A DNA stretch of 64,000 bases from Nymphaea colorata (lineage: Eukaryota), in NCBI RefSeq assembly GCF_008831285.2, contig NC_045138.2, forward strand, positions 19,964,001-20,028,000, given 5' to 3'. Below the pieces are notes generated by a model. The model saw only the letters and a list, made by a program, of their open reading frames with translations, was not told the DNA's origin and searched no databases. Made by a program: the position numbers and the translations under genes. Shown piece by piece: positions 37,365-52,732 of the stretch (its first letter is position 1; each line of letters begins with the position of its first letter).

Positions 37365-37643
37365 TGTTAGAGTGTGGAGCATGATCCCTACCTAATAGAT
37401 TTCCATAATTTCCGGCGAAAATTTTGTTCGGGTATTATTGTAATCTTTCTGTTTTGCGATGTTGCCTAATACCCATGTATGGTGTATCGTGAGCAACTGA
37501 AAAACCCTGTGCGGCCGTGGAAGAATGAGAACTTTGGTTTCTGAACCTCCATAAAAATCTGTGTGTTTTCTTTTTTCTACTTCTTTTGTCTTCTTTTTGA
37601 TACTATGAGTAAGAGAGAGAAAGGGAGCGCCTCGCTCCTAACA
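37365..37643 (+). mobile_element. Solo-LTR-like element (small copia/TRIM type)
   Basis: TGTTAG...CTAACA terminal inverted repeat. Internal CCGTGGA...GAAC...TAAAATCTGTGTGTT pattern typical of small LTRs. TSD only 3/5. A similar piece lies at 53483-53728. Confidence 0.55.
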
Positions 37644-39058
37644 TAAATGTCATATTCGTGCCCTAATTAATTGTCTTCTAACAGTTGTTGCGACAATAAT
37701 AAGAGTTGAAGTATCAAATTAAAACTTTATTTTAAGACAATTTGATACAAAAACCAGCTCCCCTTGATCCAATCTTTTTAGTTAAGAAATCTCAATCACA
37801 AGGAATTTCTTTCCATTTCTCTAATTTTCCAATTGTCAATGAACAAACGTCATGATTTTCTTGACACAATAAAAAATAGCGTAATATTTTGCACTTGTAG
37901 ACACATCTAAATTGATCTTTTTAGTCCCTATGTAATGTAGTAGATCTCAACCCACTGCTCTTGCTTGCCTGCTTTGTTTATTCTGAAAATACACTAGAAA
38001 CAAAAATAAAAGAATATGATATATGGATGTTTCATCCTTTAAAAATTTTTCAAGTCGTTCAATAATATAGACTTAATTTTGGGTGAGCAAGAGGTTTACA
38101 ACTCACCGTCGAGAAAGATCCTGAGGTCCCTCCATTCCCCTACCTCCACGGACTTGGGCTGCTTTGATTTTTAGCTTGGATATCGTGCTCCATCATAATA
38201 AGACGCGGATGCATAATATCCGCTAGAATCGAACTAGAAACAGACCTTTAGTCCGACCAGTAAGACAAGTTATTTCAAGAGTCTTCCAATCTATCCTTTC
38301 TTCAAACATATTGTGTATTCTAAAAGTTACTCAAAATTTATTGAATTTTCATACGTCCTTGTCTGTTGAATTTTCATGATATCGTGTTAGAATCCATTTA
38401 ATTCTCAAGGAATACATCTTTTTTTTTGTTTTTTAGTCTTATAATTTTTGTTTTCAAAATCTTTGGTAAGGAATGTTCCCAAGTTTATCCACACACATGA
38501 ACTGTTGGAATATCCCACTCTACTAAAAAACAAGTATTCTTCTAAATTCTGAATTTTCTTCTTAAATGATTGATATAACACTATTCTTGGGTCTATCCGC
38601 ATAATGAAATGTCACGATATTGTTGAAGTCAGCTTTGATAGTAATTGTAATGCCTAGGTCCACAATAGATTTCTGTTTTGACAAACCTTAGCATGCATAT
38701 AGCAGCTTCAATTCACACTCTAGAATGACTTTGAACTAGGACCATTAAAAGCGGGTGCCAGATATTTACTGGATGGCTAAACATTAAAATTTGATTGCTT
38801 AAAGAACCACAAACCGTCACTAAAGCTCTTGAGACAACTTCTTTTAGGGAATAAAACATTAATTTTTATCCATTTAACAACATCTGGCATATTTGAACTT
38901 CCCACTTGAAGTATCCCACATAGATGGATAAACTCCTAAACATTTCTTAAAATCTTCAATGTATGATGATCATAAAATCCTTTCGCATATACATTTTAAA
39001 GTACAAAAATGCCCTTGTAAGGGGCACATGATGGCTTGTGAGAAACGAGCTCCAGGGC

Positions 39059-39540
39059 TGGGGCTGCACACTAGCTGAGTCATCCCTGTGCATGGCCAGC
39101 TCAAGCTAGTCTCGGCTCAAAAAACTCAAGCTCGAACTTGAGTCATGCTTTTTATAGCAAGCTCAAGCTCAAGCTCGACTCGATTACACAAAATTGAGCT
39201 CGAACTCGACTCGTTTAACCCATTTAACTTGACGGAGTTAGCTCGTTTAGCATTAACTTGTGTAAGTGTTAACACTCGTATAAGTGTTAACTCGTGTAAT
39301 TCGTTCAACTCGTGTAACTTGTGAAATTGGTTTTGACAATATTATATAGAGTAACAGTTTGCGAGTCGAGTCGAGTATAAACGAGTCGAGTTCATAAAAC
39401 TCAAACTCGACTCGTTTATCGTTTTGAGTATCTTTATAAGCTCGAACTAGGCTCGTTTATAAACGAGTCAAGCACGAGCGAAGTTTTTTCGAGCGAGTTT
39501 GAGTCGAGCCCGAGTTGGTTTGGCTCTTTGTGAAGGCTTA
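39059..39540. mobile_element. hAT-type MITE, same family as 44087-44500, opposite orientation
   Basis: Begins TGGGGCTGCACA, ends TGTGAAGGCTTA. The internal TTTAACCCATTTAACT is the reverse complement of AGTTAAATGGGTTAAA in the 44 kb copy. Degenerate TSD (TCCAGGGC / CCCAAAGC). Confidence 0.75.
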
Positions 39541-40896
39541 CCCAAAGCTCATGACCACAAGGAAACGCACACTGATGTTTTTATGTTTTTTTAATTTCTC
39601 AGGTAAATCTTTAAATTTGTTGCAGGAGGATCTTTTTAGGCAAAACATATGAGCATGTGTATATGTAGGAAAGGTTTTCACCGCATTAACTAGTTGTGTT
39701 TGAAAAAAGCATTTCTCCTGGCATGACATTTATTATTATTGTTATTATTAATTTAATAAAACTTAAGCTGATTGTGTCACATATTTAATTAAGACTAGAT
39801 GCGTTTCAAAACCAACGTTTGAATCTTGACAGAAAACAAATGTGTGAAAGAGACAGCCCACTGCCAATATTTGAGATGTATTTTCTCAGTTTCTCACATG
39901 AAAGAGAGAGGGGGAGAGTCCCAACATTTCTTCTTATTTCAACTGCTTTGGGAATGTTAATGGATCCAATTCAAATGAGATGTACTTTTAATTATATCTG
40001 ATGAATCCAAATTCGATTGGTTTTTTATTTATGACTGAATCTAATTAGTTGTCATTTCTTAAATTTAAATATGATCCGAATTATTAATAGGCCGTCAAAT
40101 ATTTTGTATATCCAACTTGTTTGAATCAAATATCCGATTGCAGATTCGAATATGAACTGATTTATTGATAGAATATCGAATTTTGTTCTATATCTAACAT
40201 TTTGAAAGCAGATATCCAATTTTATTGCCATCTTAGCCGCCGTCTACTTTTTGCACCAAGTTTAACGTCAATCAATGCAAAGGCTGCGTCGTCCTTATTG
40301 AATCGAGGTTTCTTTATTACGAGTTTGAAAAAGGAAACCAATTTACAATAATAAACTTGAGAAAGACGAGAAAAAGGTATCTGCATTTATATCGACGCCA
40401 ATGTTGTCAGCACCGTCTTTTTCACGAATGAACCGATTTTCCGGCGACTTTAGAACGTGAAACTTACCTTTCAAATTTAAGAACAGAACAGTATTTTTAT
40501 ATTGTTTTATTTACGTATGGGCCACATAGAAAAGCCCCATATTCCGGCTGAACCGTTAAATTTCGAGCTAATTATATGTTTGTTCCAACTTATAAAGAAA
40601 ACTTGTTCGAATCTCTTCGCCATTCATGATTAGTTTTTTATTAGTTATTTAAATGTAATACTCTCAATAAATGTACGAGATCCAATATGCATGTAAAACC
40701 ACAATGCACCTAACAATCTTTACAATATTTCAAATTATCCTTAATTGAGCTCTGTCGAACTCTGTTAACCTGACTTAGCTTGGCTTATTAAGTAGAGAGG
40801 TCAGGCCAAGTTTGGGTTTTAACAAGCCTGCAAATAGTGGTGGAGCGAGAAGAATTGGTTGCAGGGATATTGTTTAGAAAAACTCTTATTTGGAGG

Positions 40897-41022
<126 letters not shown>

Positions 41023-43401
41023 ATGATTTTAGTTATCTAAAGTCACACGACCATCTAACCAAGGCTGTCCATCTAAAGCAAATGCATTGAAAGAAAAACT
41101 TGTAAACTAATGTTATATGACAAAAATGTTTGTCACATATTTCTCCTTATTTTTCTCTTAATCGTTCGTCATATTGGATCGAATGATGCAGATTAGATGG
41201 CTTGTGACTCTTATTTTTACATTGACATCTTTAAATTGTTTGAACGTCTAGTTATATATATATATATATATAAAATCCGACGTTGAAACAATTTAAAGAT
41301 GTCAATGTAAAAATAAAGAAATTTTAGGTGGCTGGTGTAGACAGTTGCCCAAACCAGCCTACATGTGGCCTCATCACACCAGCCTACATGTGGCCTCATC
41401 ACCGACTTAGACTCAAGCCAATACATTGTGAGTTGTGAGTAAAAGAGAAAAGAAAAACTTTTTTTACAAAGGAGACCCTTAATGGAAAACGGTGAAAAGT
41501 GTTTTGGCAAGTTTGATTTTTTCTTTTATTATTATTATTAAGCTATGTGAAAGCATATAAATTTTTTCATAATAAGCCCCACACAAAAAAGAGAAAGCTC
41601 TAGAAACAACTGCATCCGATAGAGAGGATAAAATAGATAAAATCAACTTATATTTTTAATGGGGGAAGTACGTTTTTTAAAGGGCATAGAATAACTGAAG
41701 GAATATTATCTCCACTTCCAACCCCGTTGGAGGATGCATGAGAAAGGGTGGAACCTTGGGGTCTGAAACTATTAGCAGTGGAAACTTGTCCGGCCAATTG
41801 CCCACATAAACCCACACAAATTGTTCATGTACATATTAATGTTTCACAGCCATGTGCTTTTTTACATATTGGTATCTTCCAGCCATTTTATTATATATTT
41901 GAAGGGTCTAAATTTTTTAAAAAAAAAATAAAATTTGGCTACTATTTTAATATTAGTCTCTTGGCTAGAAATTTCTAGCTTGCGGTTGTACCACTCATAA
42001 GGAAATAAACGGAGCTGCATGTGGGCTGGTGTCGACAGTTGCAAACATCATAAGCAAGATAGAGTATGTGATGGACACGATAGGAAGTCTGAATTTGATT
42101 GTTTGAATATTGGGAACAAAGTAGGAAAAATAGAAATCCTAAGTCATAAACAAGAACATCGATTGTGTATCTTCATACGTCAAGAAAGCAACCATGACCA
42201 TGAGGGAAAGAGAAAAAAAAAATCACATCCAATGTGATCGCATTTAATAGCATGAAAGCCCCACCTATTGACGGATTGGCAAATCACAAGAGCAGAAGTA
42301 TAAAATCATTTTATTTGAATAAGCACAATAAATGGATTGAGAACGATGCAAGATCGAATATGAATATGTATAAGTGTGTGTTTCCACATGTTCGTACACG
42401 TTATATCTTCCTCTTCTTTTGCTTTTCTCTTTGAATCTTTGTAATATTTAAGAAGATGCAGTAAGATCTGCAACAAAAGTTGAGCATTTTCTTTAGGCAA
42501 AACAAATTACAACATCGTTTCAAGGTGTTGTACAAGGGCCAATAATTGTTTAGGCGGTTAAATGCAATTAATTTAAAAAAAAAAAGACTGACCTATCAAG
42601 TAGATGGTTGTAAAGTTTGCCTTCTCTTATGAAGATAATGCAGAGCAAGCCATTGGCGCAAGCAAATGAGCAAGTTCTTTCAGGACGGTGACGGCGACCG
42701 CGATGGTGATGGCGATGGCGACGGCGATGGCCCCAACCTCGTTGACAAGAGAGTTGATGAGTTGGAAAAACTAATTGCAATAAACTGTGGATTTAGAATA
42801 CATTGGGGAGCGTTTGATTACTTCATATTTAAAATCCATGGATTTGATGTGGATCTGATACGGCATGTTTTTGCTCATGTGAAAAAAAAAAAAATCATGG
42901 TTTATATATCAAACTAAGGATTTCAAATTTGACCTATAATCCATACTTGAAACCCTTAATTTACCTTTCTGCGGGAAAGATCTGATGATTCTGATTTAAG
43001 GTCGGACGGGAAAGAATCTGAACTTATGAATATTTGGATCTAAAATTCTGAGCATTTAAAATCATTGGCAAGCAAATGCTGCTTCAGTGTTTGTTTAAAC
43101 AGTAGATTTCTCCTTACCACTGTGGATCCGCGGCTATTGAGAACAACCTTACAGAAATAATGTGATTAATCAGCATTGAGCATGCGTACGACGGCTTAAC
43201 TCCACCTAGTTGAGGATGTGTAATTGATGGGCAACTCAGTCAAAGCTGGCTCTAATTTAAATCTAAAATTTATAAGTCCTCGAAGATATCCCACAATCTT
43301 CAATCATAAATTTGGCGTATCATGCACGCACTAGTCTATGCATTAATAAAGTGTATTAATATGCAGATTCGCAAAATTTTAACAAATCTTCGATCTAAGG
43401 C

Positions 43402-43549
43402 CAGTGGCAGAGCTAGAAAATTTTTTTGGAGGGGCACTGATTTATAGGTTTTCATACCTAAAGGGGCATGTACATATACAACAAAATAATATTAAACAAT
43501 CTTACCATTAAAATGAAAAAATATTGAGAAGCTGGTGGCTCCGTGACTG
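43402..43549. mobile_element. Short hAT-type MITE (CAGTGGC.GAGC family)
   Basis: Termini CAGTGGCAGAGC / GCTCCGTGACTG. Perfect 8-bp TSD TCTAAGGC on both sides. Confidence 0.85.
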
Positions 43550-44086
43550 TCTAAGGCAATTTTCAAGTCATTTTAACACACTGGGTGTTATAAATTTCCA
43601 TGAAAAAACAAGGTTTCATGAAAGATAGTCTGAACTACAACTCTCTCTCTCCAAAATGGGAGAAAAAAAAGGTTAGGGATGTAAGTGTCGGCATCTTCAA
43701 AACATCCGCCAAAGCCAAATTGGGAGAACATGATAAAAATGCAATAGCAAAAAGTAGAGTGCTCAGAAAGCAAAAATGCATCATCATGGATTGAAGTCAA
43801 CTTTCAGCACCGCTCCTCTTTTTGTCGATACATCAATAATTTGGACCATGCTGCGTGAGTACATTTATATGTGTAGGCATTTGCCTAGATGCTTTCATGA
43901 CCCTTCTTCTTCTTCTACTCATGAACTGTTGGTTAACCTCAAATCTGGTCTGATTTTAAGAACTTTAGACTTTGGTGATTCAATCAGAGGACCAAATCAA
44001 CCCTCCTTCCCCCGCCCCATGGATCTAAGGTTGCTTCAGGACCTGTATTGGAAGCGGGACACTGGTCAATTGAAATGCACTGCATT

Positions 44087-44500
44087 TAGGGCTGCACAAG
44101 GAGCTGAGCCAACTCGGGCTCAACTCGAACTCGCTCGAAAAAACTTAGCTCGTGCTCAACTCGTTTATAAACTAGCAGAGTTCGAGCTTACAAATATACT
44201 AGACACGATAAACAAGTCGAGTTCGAGTTTCAGAAATTTGACTCGTTTATATTCAACTTGACTCGCACCAATGTTCTACCAAAACCAGTTCATGGTATCA
44301 CTGGTTTTATCTTTTAGGGTAAAAACAAATTTTTACAAGTTACACAAGTTAAACGAGTTAATGATTACATGAGTTACCGCCTAAACGAGTTAAATGGGTT
44401 AAACGAATTGAGTTCGAGTTCGAGTTCGATTTTGTGTAGTCGAGTCTAGCTTGTTATAAGGAGCTCCACTCGAGCTCGACTCAACTCGCGTGCAGCCCTA
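44087..44500. mobile_element. hAT-type MITE (CTCGAG-rich family)
   Basis: TIRs TAGGGCTGCAC / GTGCAGCCCTA. Flanks ACTGCATT / AGTGCATC (6/8 TSD match). Confidence 0.85.
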
Positions 44501-47500
44501 AGTGCATCCATCAGTTGCAGTTTAAAAAAGTAGCATCCATAAGAATCAAAGTGACAACCGGCCTTTTACCGGCATGCTAGCTCCACCAGCTCCTTAGGAA
44601 AAGACCTTTAGATTTTTGAAATCCTTCTCTCCAAATTGGGAGTTGAGGATCAGGTCAAGCAAATGGATCCTTTTTTTTTTTCTCGATTCAAAAATGACCA
44701 AACGTATAACCCCAGCAGATTAATTGTGCAATATTTCTTATGCGCAAACACGGAAGTGATTTGATCCGTGAAAGGCCGACAATGATGTTGAAGTCACAAC
44801 CAGCCACCTGCTATTGAGGGGCCTCCCCTCAAACCCCGCCCACCCGCGGCGGCTTGTTTGGATTATTTGTTTGATAATGCAACTTTTCTTCACATGGATG
44901 TGATTTTTGCAAACCAGTTCTTTGTCTTCAAAATTTTGTCAATGGATTTTTTTTTGGATTTTAGTGACGCAAGTCATAGTCATGGATGTCATCACACCAA
45001 AATAAAAAATCACCAAGAGGAAAAGCACAGTTATGTTTTTGTTTGCTTACGTTTCCTAGGAAAATCTTGAAAATTTTTTCAAGAGATTATTTTACGAAAA
45101 AATCATACTTATATATATATATATATATATATGATCTGGTAGGAAAGGTTTTTGCCGATTAACATCTAGTGGTGGAGCCAAAAAAAAAAAAATCTAGAGG
45201 GTACTCATTCACATATTTATATATCTAAAGGGACACTATCTATATAACAAAATAATTCACATATTTATATATCTAAAGGGACACTATCTATATAACAAAA
45301 TAAATATTTGAAAAAGTTAACTGCCCACACCAGCTGATGTGTGACTCTGATCAAGTTTTTGATATAGTTTTGGCTGGAAAAGAGTTTTTATCTTTTGGTT
45401 TGAAAAACTTTTTCATGCATTCCAAAACCAACAATGTATTTTGTCAGAAAATGACAAGATTCGCATTTAAGCTTAGAGAGAGAGAGAGAGAGAGAGAAGG
45501 CCATGTGAGTGAGACTTACATGTAACTAAATGTCACATATTTCCTGCAACTCACAGCTGCCGTCTACTTTTTGCACATCTTTGGCGGTAGGTCGCCTTTG
45601 CAAACAGGACATGAAGTCGGGGCATGTCCAAGTTTTAGCAGTGGCGATGGTCCCGGACCATTAAGAGCCAAGACCCTACCTTCTTTACCCATGAGTGGGA
45701 GGGGAAATACTTTTATAAAAGTGGACCCTTCAAGTTGAAAAGTTAAAGCTCACGACCCCTTTTAGGCTACTCTTGTGCATGTGGTACTTTGTACTTCGTG
45801 AGGTGAAGCTGGTTATATGTATATATGTATTATGTCCTCCAAAAAAAAAAAAAAAATTTATGTATCAAGAGTGTAATGACTAAAATACCCTTGATTGGTA
45901 AAAAGGAAATCTTTTTTACATAGCAGTGAGCAATTTAAGGGTAGCCATCGAGTCGGGTACCTATTATCGGACCTGACTTGGGTTGGGCTAAGCTGGGTCA
46001 GCCCAAGAACTTATCAGGTCAGCTCAAACTAGCTCGAGTTGACCCGGTAACTTATTTTTAATATTATTTTTATTTAGATATTAACATAATTATATATTTT
46101 TGTTATAATTAATGATGTTTATATTTTAAATTATATTAAATATTTAAGCTATCCAAAACTGACAACTTATTGGGTTGGGCTGGCCGGATGTGCAGACTTA
46201 CTTACTTGCATAGCCAAAGACCTCATCGATGTTGACCCCTAACACAATGACAGTGACGTAACACTGTTGTGAAAGAGACATAAAAGGAGAGAACCACCAC
46301 CCACAAAAAAAAATGAAGACTGCTTTGGTATTACGTTTGTTGGAACAAGAACACGGATTTTTGAAGCATAGACTGTAAGAACATTACGTTCTTGTATTAA
46401 ATAACATAATATTCTTCTTATCAAACATTGTGACATCATAATATTAAGATTGAACATGTAGCGACTCGGACATGGCAGCCAACTTTTTTTTCATTATTCC
46501 AAAAAAAAAAAGCAGAAGAGAAAAATAAATATAAATGCAGAAGATATTGGAGTGTTCACCCACTGACTGGTGCATTTTTTTTGCAGAAATCAGTCCAAGC
46601 AGTCGCTAATACATGTGGCACACATACTCCCACTTATCAGGTGCACCAGAAGTATTTTATTTATTGTAACATGTGAAATAGATTTTTTTTTTTTTAATAG
46701 GCAATCAGAGATTAGGTAGAATCCTAATGGATTATATGAAAGGCACACACAACCTAAAATCATTTCTTGATTGTCCTTTAACATGTAAGTCTTAACTTCA
46801 CCCATTGGTCATATTTATCATACCAATCCAATACAGCTGACTGCTTCTACTTGGTTGCAATTAAAAAAAAGAGGGTTGTTGTCTCATGCAATCACAAAGC
46901 ATTAATCAACTACGGTGTGTATATGCACATGTGATAGGCAAGACATTCTTCGGTTAAGACTACAAGTACCCAGTTATGTTTCTTTTTATTATTTCTTTCT
47001 CTTACGTTTCCAAGGAAAATCTTGAAATTTTTTTCAGGACGTTATTTTTTATAGAAAATGCATATATATATATATATATAGTAGGAAAGATTCTTATCGC
47101 CTGATATCTGATAAAAAAAAAATAACAAGTTTTTGAATTGGTTTTGTCTAGAAAAGCATTTTTCAAGCAGTCCAAAACAAATTTTGTATTTTGTCCGAAA
47201 ATGACAAGATTCACATGTAAACTTTAGAGATAGAAAGAGAGAGAGACAGAGAGGCCCATGTGAAGAATAGCTGCCATCTACTTTTTGCAGCATCTTTGGA
47301 CGCATGTCACCAGTGCTAGCAGGATATGTCCAGTATCCGCCAGCCCAGTTAGATTCATCATAAAAGTAAAAAAAAATTCATCGATTTTTAAGGAAGAAAT
47401 TCACACATATTTAAATTATTTATTTAGATTTTTATAATTAAATATACCAAATCAAATGTTAGTTCATACTTCTTTCAAAATTCTTGACCCGAGTCAACTA

Positions 47501-49281
47501 AATAGAACTACAATGTGAGTGGTGTGGGCCACTGCCCACACCAGCTCATGAAAGTCTCTATTGAGATGGTGCTGGACTAGGGTCAAGCCGTGGGTAGTGT
47601 TCATGATAGACCATAGTCAGTGCCCCACAGGAATCAACCCTATTTGGTTTAGTATACATGACTTTGGGGGCAAAGTCCAAGTTTTAGTAGGCTCGAATGG
47701 TCTCAGCCCATTAAGAGTCAAGCCCCTAACTTCTTGCCCATGAATGAGGGCAAATACTTTTATAAAAGCAGACAGTAAGCATTAAAAACAAAAGCCCGCC
47801 GGTTTAACTTATCCATCAAGACTTATTTTCATCTCAAAAAAATTTCACCGCGTTTGAATGTGGAGGCACGATAGGCTTGCTCCGCCGAGACTCTCCACAT
47901 TTACACCACAAATGAAACATAGATCTTGCTAGCCAACATAGACAAGCCTTTTCGAAACATTAATCGTACAACACTACCGGCGGAACTAAAAAGTTTAGCT
48001 GAGGAGCACTGATCCGTCTTATTATTGCAATGGATTAAATGCATTGTAGAGCTACAGGAAACTAGTGTGGGCACCTCATATGGCGAAGCCGGATTCCAAC
48101 ACATGATAATAAAACTTTCGTAAAGATTTACACATGCTGGGGTGGGCACTTGCCCATGTCTTCTTATCAAACGTTCTTTTGAGGACATGATATAAAAGAG
48201 TGTGACGTCCCTTATATTTAGAGTTTAAGATTAGAGAAGAATCACATTTGAAGATTTTGTAAGCCGGTCGACCATTCCAAAGTGCTGTTAAATATGCAAA
48301 GCATTATAATATCATTCACTTCCCTTAAATTAGATTCGATGACTGATTATTGAACTTGACCCTGACACCAATTAATTGTGACACCTTGTTTCACAAACTA
48401 GTTTAAGTTTTTGAGTAATTGATCTCAAATTACTTTTATACTTTGATTTTGTTTCTACATATAATAACTAAGAATTTGGACAATACTTTACTGGATCTTC
48501 CATATAAGTGAAAATGCATCACTGATAGGAGTGCCCAAAGGAGCTTTTTTTTTTTTTTTTTTTTCAAATGAATGAAGTCGGGACCAGTCCTTTTTTGTAA
48601 CCTCTTGCAGTAGTACGACAAAGAATCCATGGATTTAAGATCTATCGGATTTTATTGCATGTTCTAAGAGGGTTCAGGTCATAATTTTTCAGTTGGAGTC
48701 ACACTACAAAAGAGAAAAATAGAAACACTCTATGCTTATAAGTAACTCACAACCTTCTGTTGAATTTACTAAAATGCACAAGCATGTGCAGAAGGAATGT
48801 GTGGAGGAGGGCCAATGAATCAAGCTGAGCATCAGGCTGATCCAGGCCCAATTTCAATAAAAAAAGTTAAAATAAGCAATTTTAATATATAAATATATTT
48901 GTAATAAATAAATTATAAAAATTTTATATACATACATAAAGAAATTAAAAGGTGGCTTCAGCTTTTAAACATCACATAACCATCTAATCAAGACCATCTT
49001 GATCTATCATGTTAGATGGTTAAGAAACAAACAAACAAAAATGATGATGAGTGTTTTCATCATCTAATACTATTTTACACCATTTCTTCTTTTTTTTTTC
49101 TTTTATTCACCCATTTGCTATGAACAATACTTGTTAAATGGCTGAATGATTCTAGGTAGCCACAGTTTTACATTGGCAGAATAGAGCCTAGCCTGAGAAG
49201 TTGTTGGGTAACCCGAAGCCCCTTTTTACGGCCTGACTCAAGCCCCAATGACCGTTGGGTATTCAACTTCATACCCACTCT

Positions 49282-49742
49282 TAGGAGTGAACAACGAGTT
49301 GAGCTCGACTGGTTAACGCTCGGTGCATGAACGAGTTCGAACCGAATCATTTGCTTAATGAATTGAGCTCAAGTTCATGAGTCGACTCGTTCAAATAATC
49401 GAGTTGAGTTCAAGCTCAACACGTAACTGCCGAGTCGAGCTCAAGCCTTAATTGAGTTTGTCGAGCCTTAATCAAGTCGATACATTCAAACGAGTTTACG
49501 AGTTTGTCGAGACTTAATCGAGTCGAGCTCGAGCTCAGCACGTAACGATGAATATCAATTCTATTCAAACGAGTTTGTCGAGCCTTAATCGAGTTGATCT
49601 CGAGCTCAACACGTAACTGTCGAATCGAACTCAAGCTGCTTCCGTTGAGCTATTCTTGAGCTCGAGCCGAGTCTAGCTTGAGGTTTCATTAGTCGAGCAG
49701 GGCTACTGAACTCAGGCTCAACTCAGCTGGTGTTCACCCCTA
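49282..49742. mobile_element. hAT-type MITE (CTCGAG-rich family)
   Basis: TIRs TAGGAGTGAACA / TGTTCACCCCTA. Perfect 8-bp TSD CCCACTCT (49274-49281 / 49743-49750). Internal tandem GAGTTTGTCGAG.CTTAATC repeats. Confidence 0.9.
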
Positions 49743-50366
49743 CCCACTCTTACAAATAATGTCAGACACAAAAAAGTTATTTATCTATTGACAAAGTCTG
49801 CGTTAGAATTAAAAACAATTTTTTATAAAAAAAAAATCAGAACATGACTCCTCGTGTGGTCACCAACACGACGCCAAAATGAGGCAACTTGCCATCAAAG
49901 TAAAGATGAATCATTATCGCATTGAGTTAGATTTATGAAGTTTAATACTTGATCACAACTATGTTCACGTAATATGGTAGGTATTTGTCCAACCTCAGCT
50001 TGTATATAAAAATAAATTAGTGCCACGGAAAGCCGTGCGCGTGTTGGCTGTGTCATTTTTGTACGCGGGTTTAATTAATTTATATTTGTTCTCGTGAGAT
50101 TTGGTGGTTGGATCTAACTCTCGTCTTAATAATGATAATAATAATAATAATGATAATAACAACAAAATCAATTCTAGTGGATGAAAGCGTCCTATTCTGA
50201 AACAGTCGTTGTCTGATGATTTATTGATTTATTAGACAATTAGGAGTTCGGTATAATTTATATTGGTTGAGGAGTCACTTACAGGAGGAAAAAGTAAATG
50301 AGAATTATTGTGTAACCCACCTTAACATAATTTCCCTTATCACCCTTCTTTGTTGTGCTCCTCAAT

Positions 50367-50749
50367 CATAGACAAAACATGTTTTTTTTCAAAAAAAATG
50401 TGATAAATTAAATGACCGTTTAAAACTTTTTTTTAAAAATGTTTTTTTTTTGAAAAAAATAAAAAACGAAAAACCCTTTCTTAATGTGTTTTTTGCGTTT
50501 TTTTTACTTTTTTCAGCTTTTTTATTACCAAACATTTTTCTTTTTATTTTTATTTGTTGGAAAACTACTTATCTTTTGATGTTTGTTTTTCTAGTTTCTC
50601 ACTTTTTTTATTTTTCCTCTATTTTTAGTTTTTTAAACTTTTTTAAAAATTACTTTATTTTTCTCATTTTTTATGTTTTTTCAAATTCACCGTATTATAC
50701 CTAAAAAAACCTCGCTGTTTAAAACTCTAAAAAGTTGTTTGTGACTATG
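50367..50749. mobile_element. AT-rich hAT-type MITE
   Basis: Termini CATAGACAAAAC / TTTGTGACTATG. Perfect 8-bp TSD TCCTCAAT. A homologous, more decayed copy lies at about 2450-2834. Confidence 0.85.
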
Positions 50750-52340
50750 TCCTCAATATTTGGAGTATAGGGGAATAGCCCGCTCATATGAATCAAACTT
50801 ATGACGGGGTTTTTATGATTTGTCAACTCAACTAGCTATGTTATACTTTTTGAACCACTTACGAGTACCTCTTTTACCTACGTCTTTTTTAAAATTTAAT
50901 CCCAAATAAAAATGTATTTGTTCTAGAGACTAAAAACTCAAAAAGTATTCAAAGTTCATTAAAACTCCGCTAAACTTGAGAACATGTGAGTTGATGAGTA
51001 TAGTGCAACTGGCTCGAGCTAGTCTTCAATAGAGTTCACGTGCTTACTTCTTATGCCAATTGGAGGAAAGTGATGTAAAATCTAAGGTGCTTCATGAGAT
51101 CTAACTCAAGCAGCTAAGTCCTAATGGCGAAGAAAGGGGGTTTCCGTTCTCATATCAGGTGGTAAGATAAAATACTTTTTCCGTTTGCTTACAAATAGGA
51201 TTTGTAGTGTTTTTAACAAATCTTGTAAGAGTTTAGGAGTAAATTTTTTTTTTCAATAATTAACAATGTAAAAATATAATTTTTTTTTTTATCCAACAAA
51301 GATATTACCATAGTAAAGGTGTTGTTTCAAGCACACAAAGTTTTTCTTGTCAAATACATTTTAAAAGTATGACACTTGGTTTTGACGTCTGAACCCACTT
51401 TTATCGGATCTCAAATCCATACTTTTTCCACTATAACATTAATTTGATATCCATATTGGGGGTGGATGCTGAAATCCATAGTTGGATAAAACTGTGGATT
51501 TCAGGTGCCATGGATTTCAAGTTCTTCGGATTTAAGATACGTGGGGAATCAAACGCAACCAAAGATAAGATTCTTCCTGACTAGTGCCTCTTAACTAATT
51601 TTTCTGACGCTGTAAACGTTAAATAATTACCTTCTTCTGAGAATCGTTTGAATTTTCTTAACGTTGCATCTTCTCCTAGCCAACGTTCTAAAAAATATTT
51701 AAACGTTCTTTCTTGGTGCTTTCTTTCGTTCATGGCTGGCTCTGTCCTCTGCCTTCCCCCTCCAGTCTCCACGTTGTCCCTTTCGCAACGACCCAAAAGT
51801 GAGAATAAAATAATAGTAGAAAAATTCGAACCCTCTTGTCTCCGACCGTTTGCGCCGACGCTACACAGATTCCCACTGCTCCAAACGGTCCCCATCTCCC
51901 AACATCATTTCATATGCATGTATGAGAATTCAAATCCGAGCGTTAGCACTCCTGAATTAGCGACGGTTTATAGTATAGCAAGGATTTATAATATATTAGT
52001 AATAGAATTTTAATTACATATAGGAAAATCAAAACAAGTCGACTGTGAGTTTTACCATATGACTAAATATTTAAAAGCTATGACCAAGGCAACATAAACT
52101 GTCGCTAAAAACATCATAAATTGTTCTTGTATCAGAAAACAGGGGTTTTTACAAACATGGCGAATTGGCAGACTTCTTTGTGACTGTGACAAGTATTATA
52201 TGAATCTGCTTCAATTTTTTGGATAAATTTATAAGACACTTAAGTGGTATTTTAGCTGTCAAATGCCATCATCCATATTGTCTTATTTAGCTCTTTCTTT
52301 TGAATTATTTAAAATTAGTGTAGAAATCTATACAAGTATA

Positions 52341-52732
52341 TAGGAACGAGTTCAGCTAACTCAAGTTCAACTCGAACTCGCTTGATAAACTTGACTTGTC
52401 GAGTTAAGAAATGAACTCGACAACCTAAACGAGTCGAGCTCGAGTTAAGTGGGCTCTCCTCAGCTGAACTCGGTTAAGCTCGAAAAAGAAAATATATAAA
52501 ATACGTTTTACAAAATTATCAAAAAAAAAAAGATTGCTCAAATGGGTATGCATGGGCTCGATTCAAGCCAAATCGAACCGAGTTTGAATTTTAAAAACTC
52601 TAGCCGAGTGGAGCTCGAGCTAATGAAATCGAACTCGACTCGAGTTTGAGCCATGTTCAAGTTTCTTTGAAGACACTCAAGCCGAGTTCAGGCTGACTCA
52701 ACTCGACTCAAACTCACTCATGAACAGCCGTG
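52341..52732. mobile_element. Degenerate CTCGAG-rich MITE
   Basis: Dense GAGCTCGAG/ACTCGACTC repeats like the other family members. Ends ...TGAACAGCC; termini are degenerate. Confidence 0.65.

Noticed and set aside
42666..42917. ORF with a DG-repeat (DGDGDRDGDGDG)
   Set aside because: Explained by a short GGCGAT/GGCGAC hexamer repeat; the rest of the ORF has no protein-like features.
49380..49680. Regularly recurring CTCGAG-type repeats superficially like a CRISPR array
   Set aside because: Eukaryotic context, no unique spacers, and enclosed by TIRs and an 8-bp TSD: internal MITE repeats.
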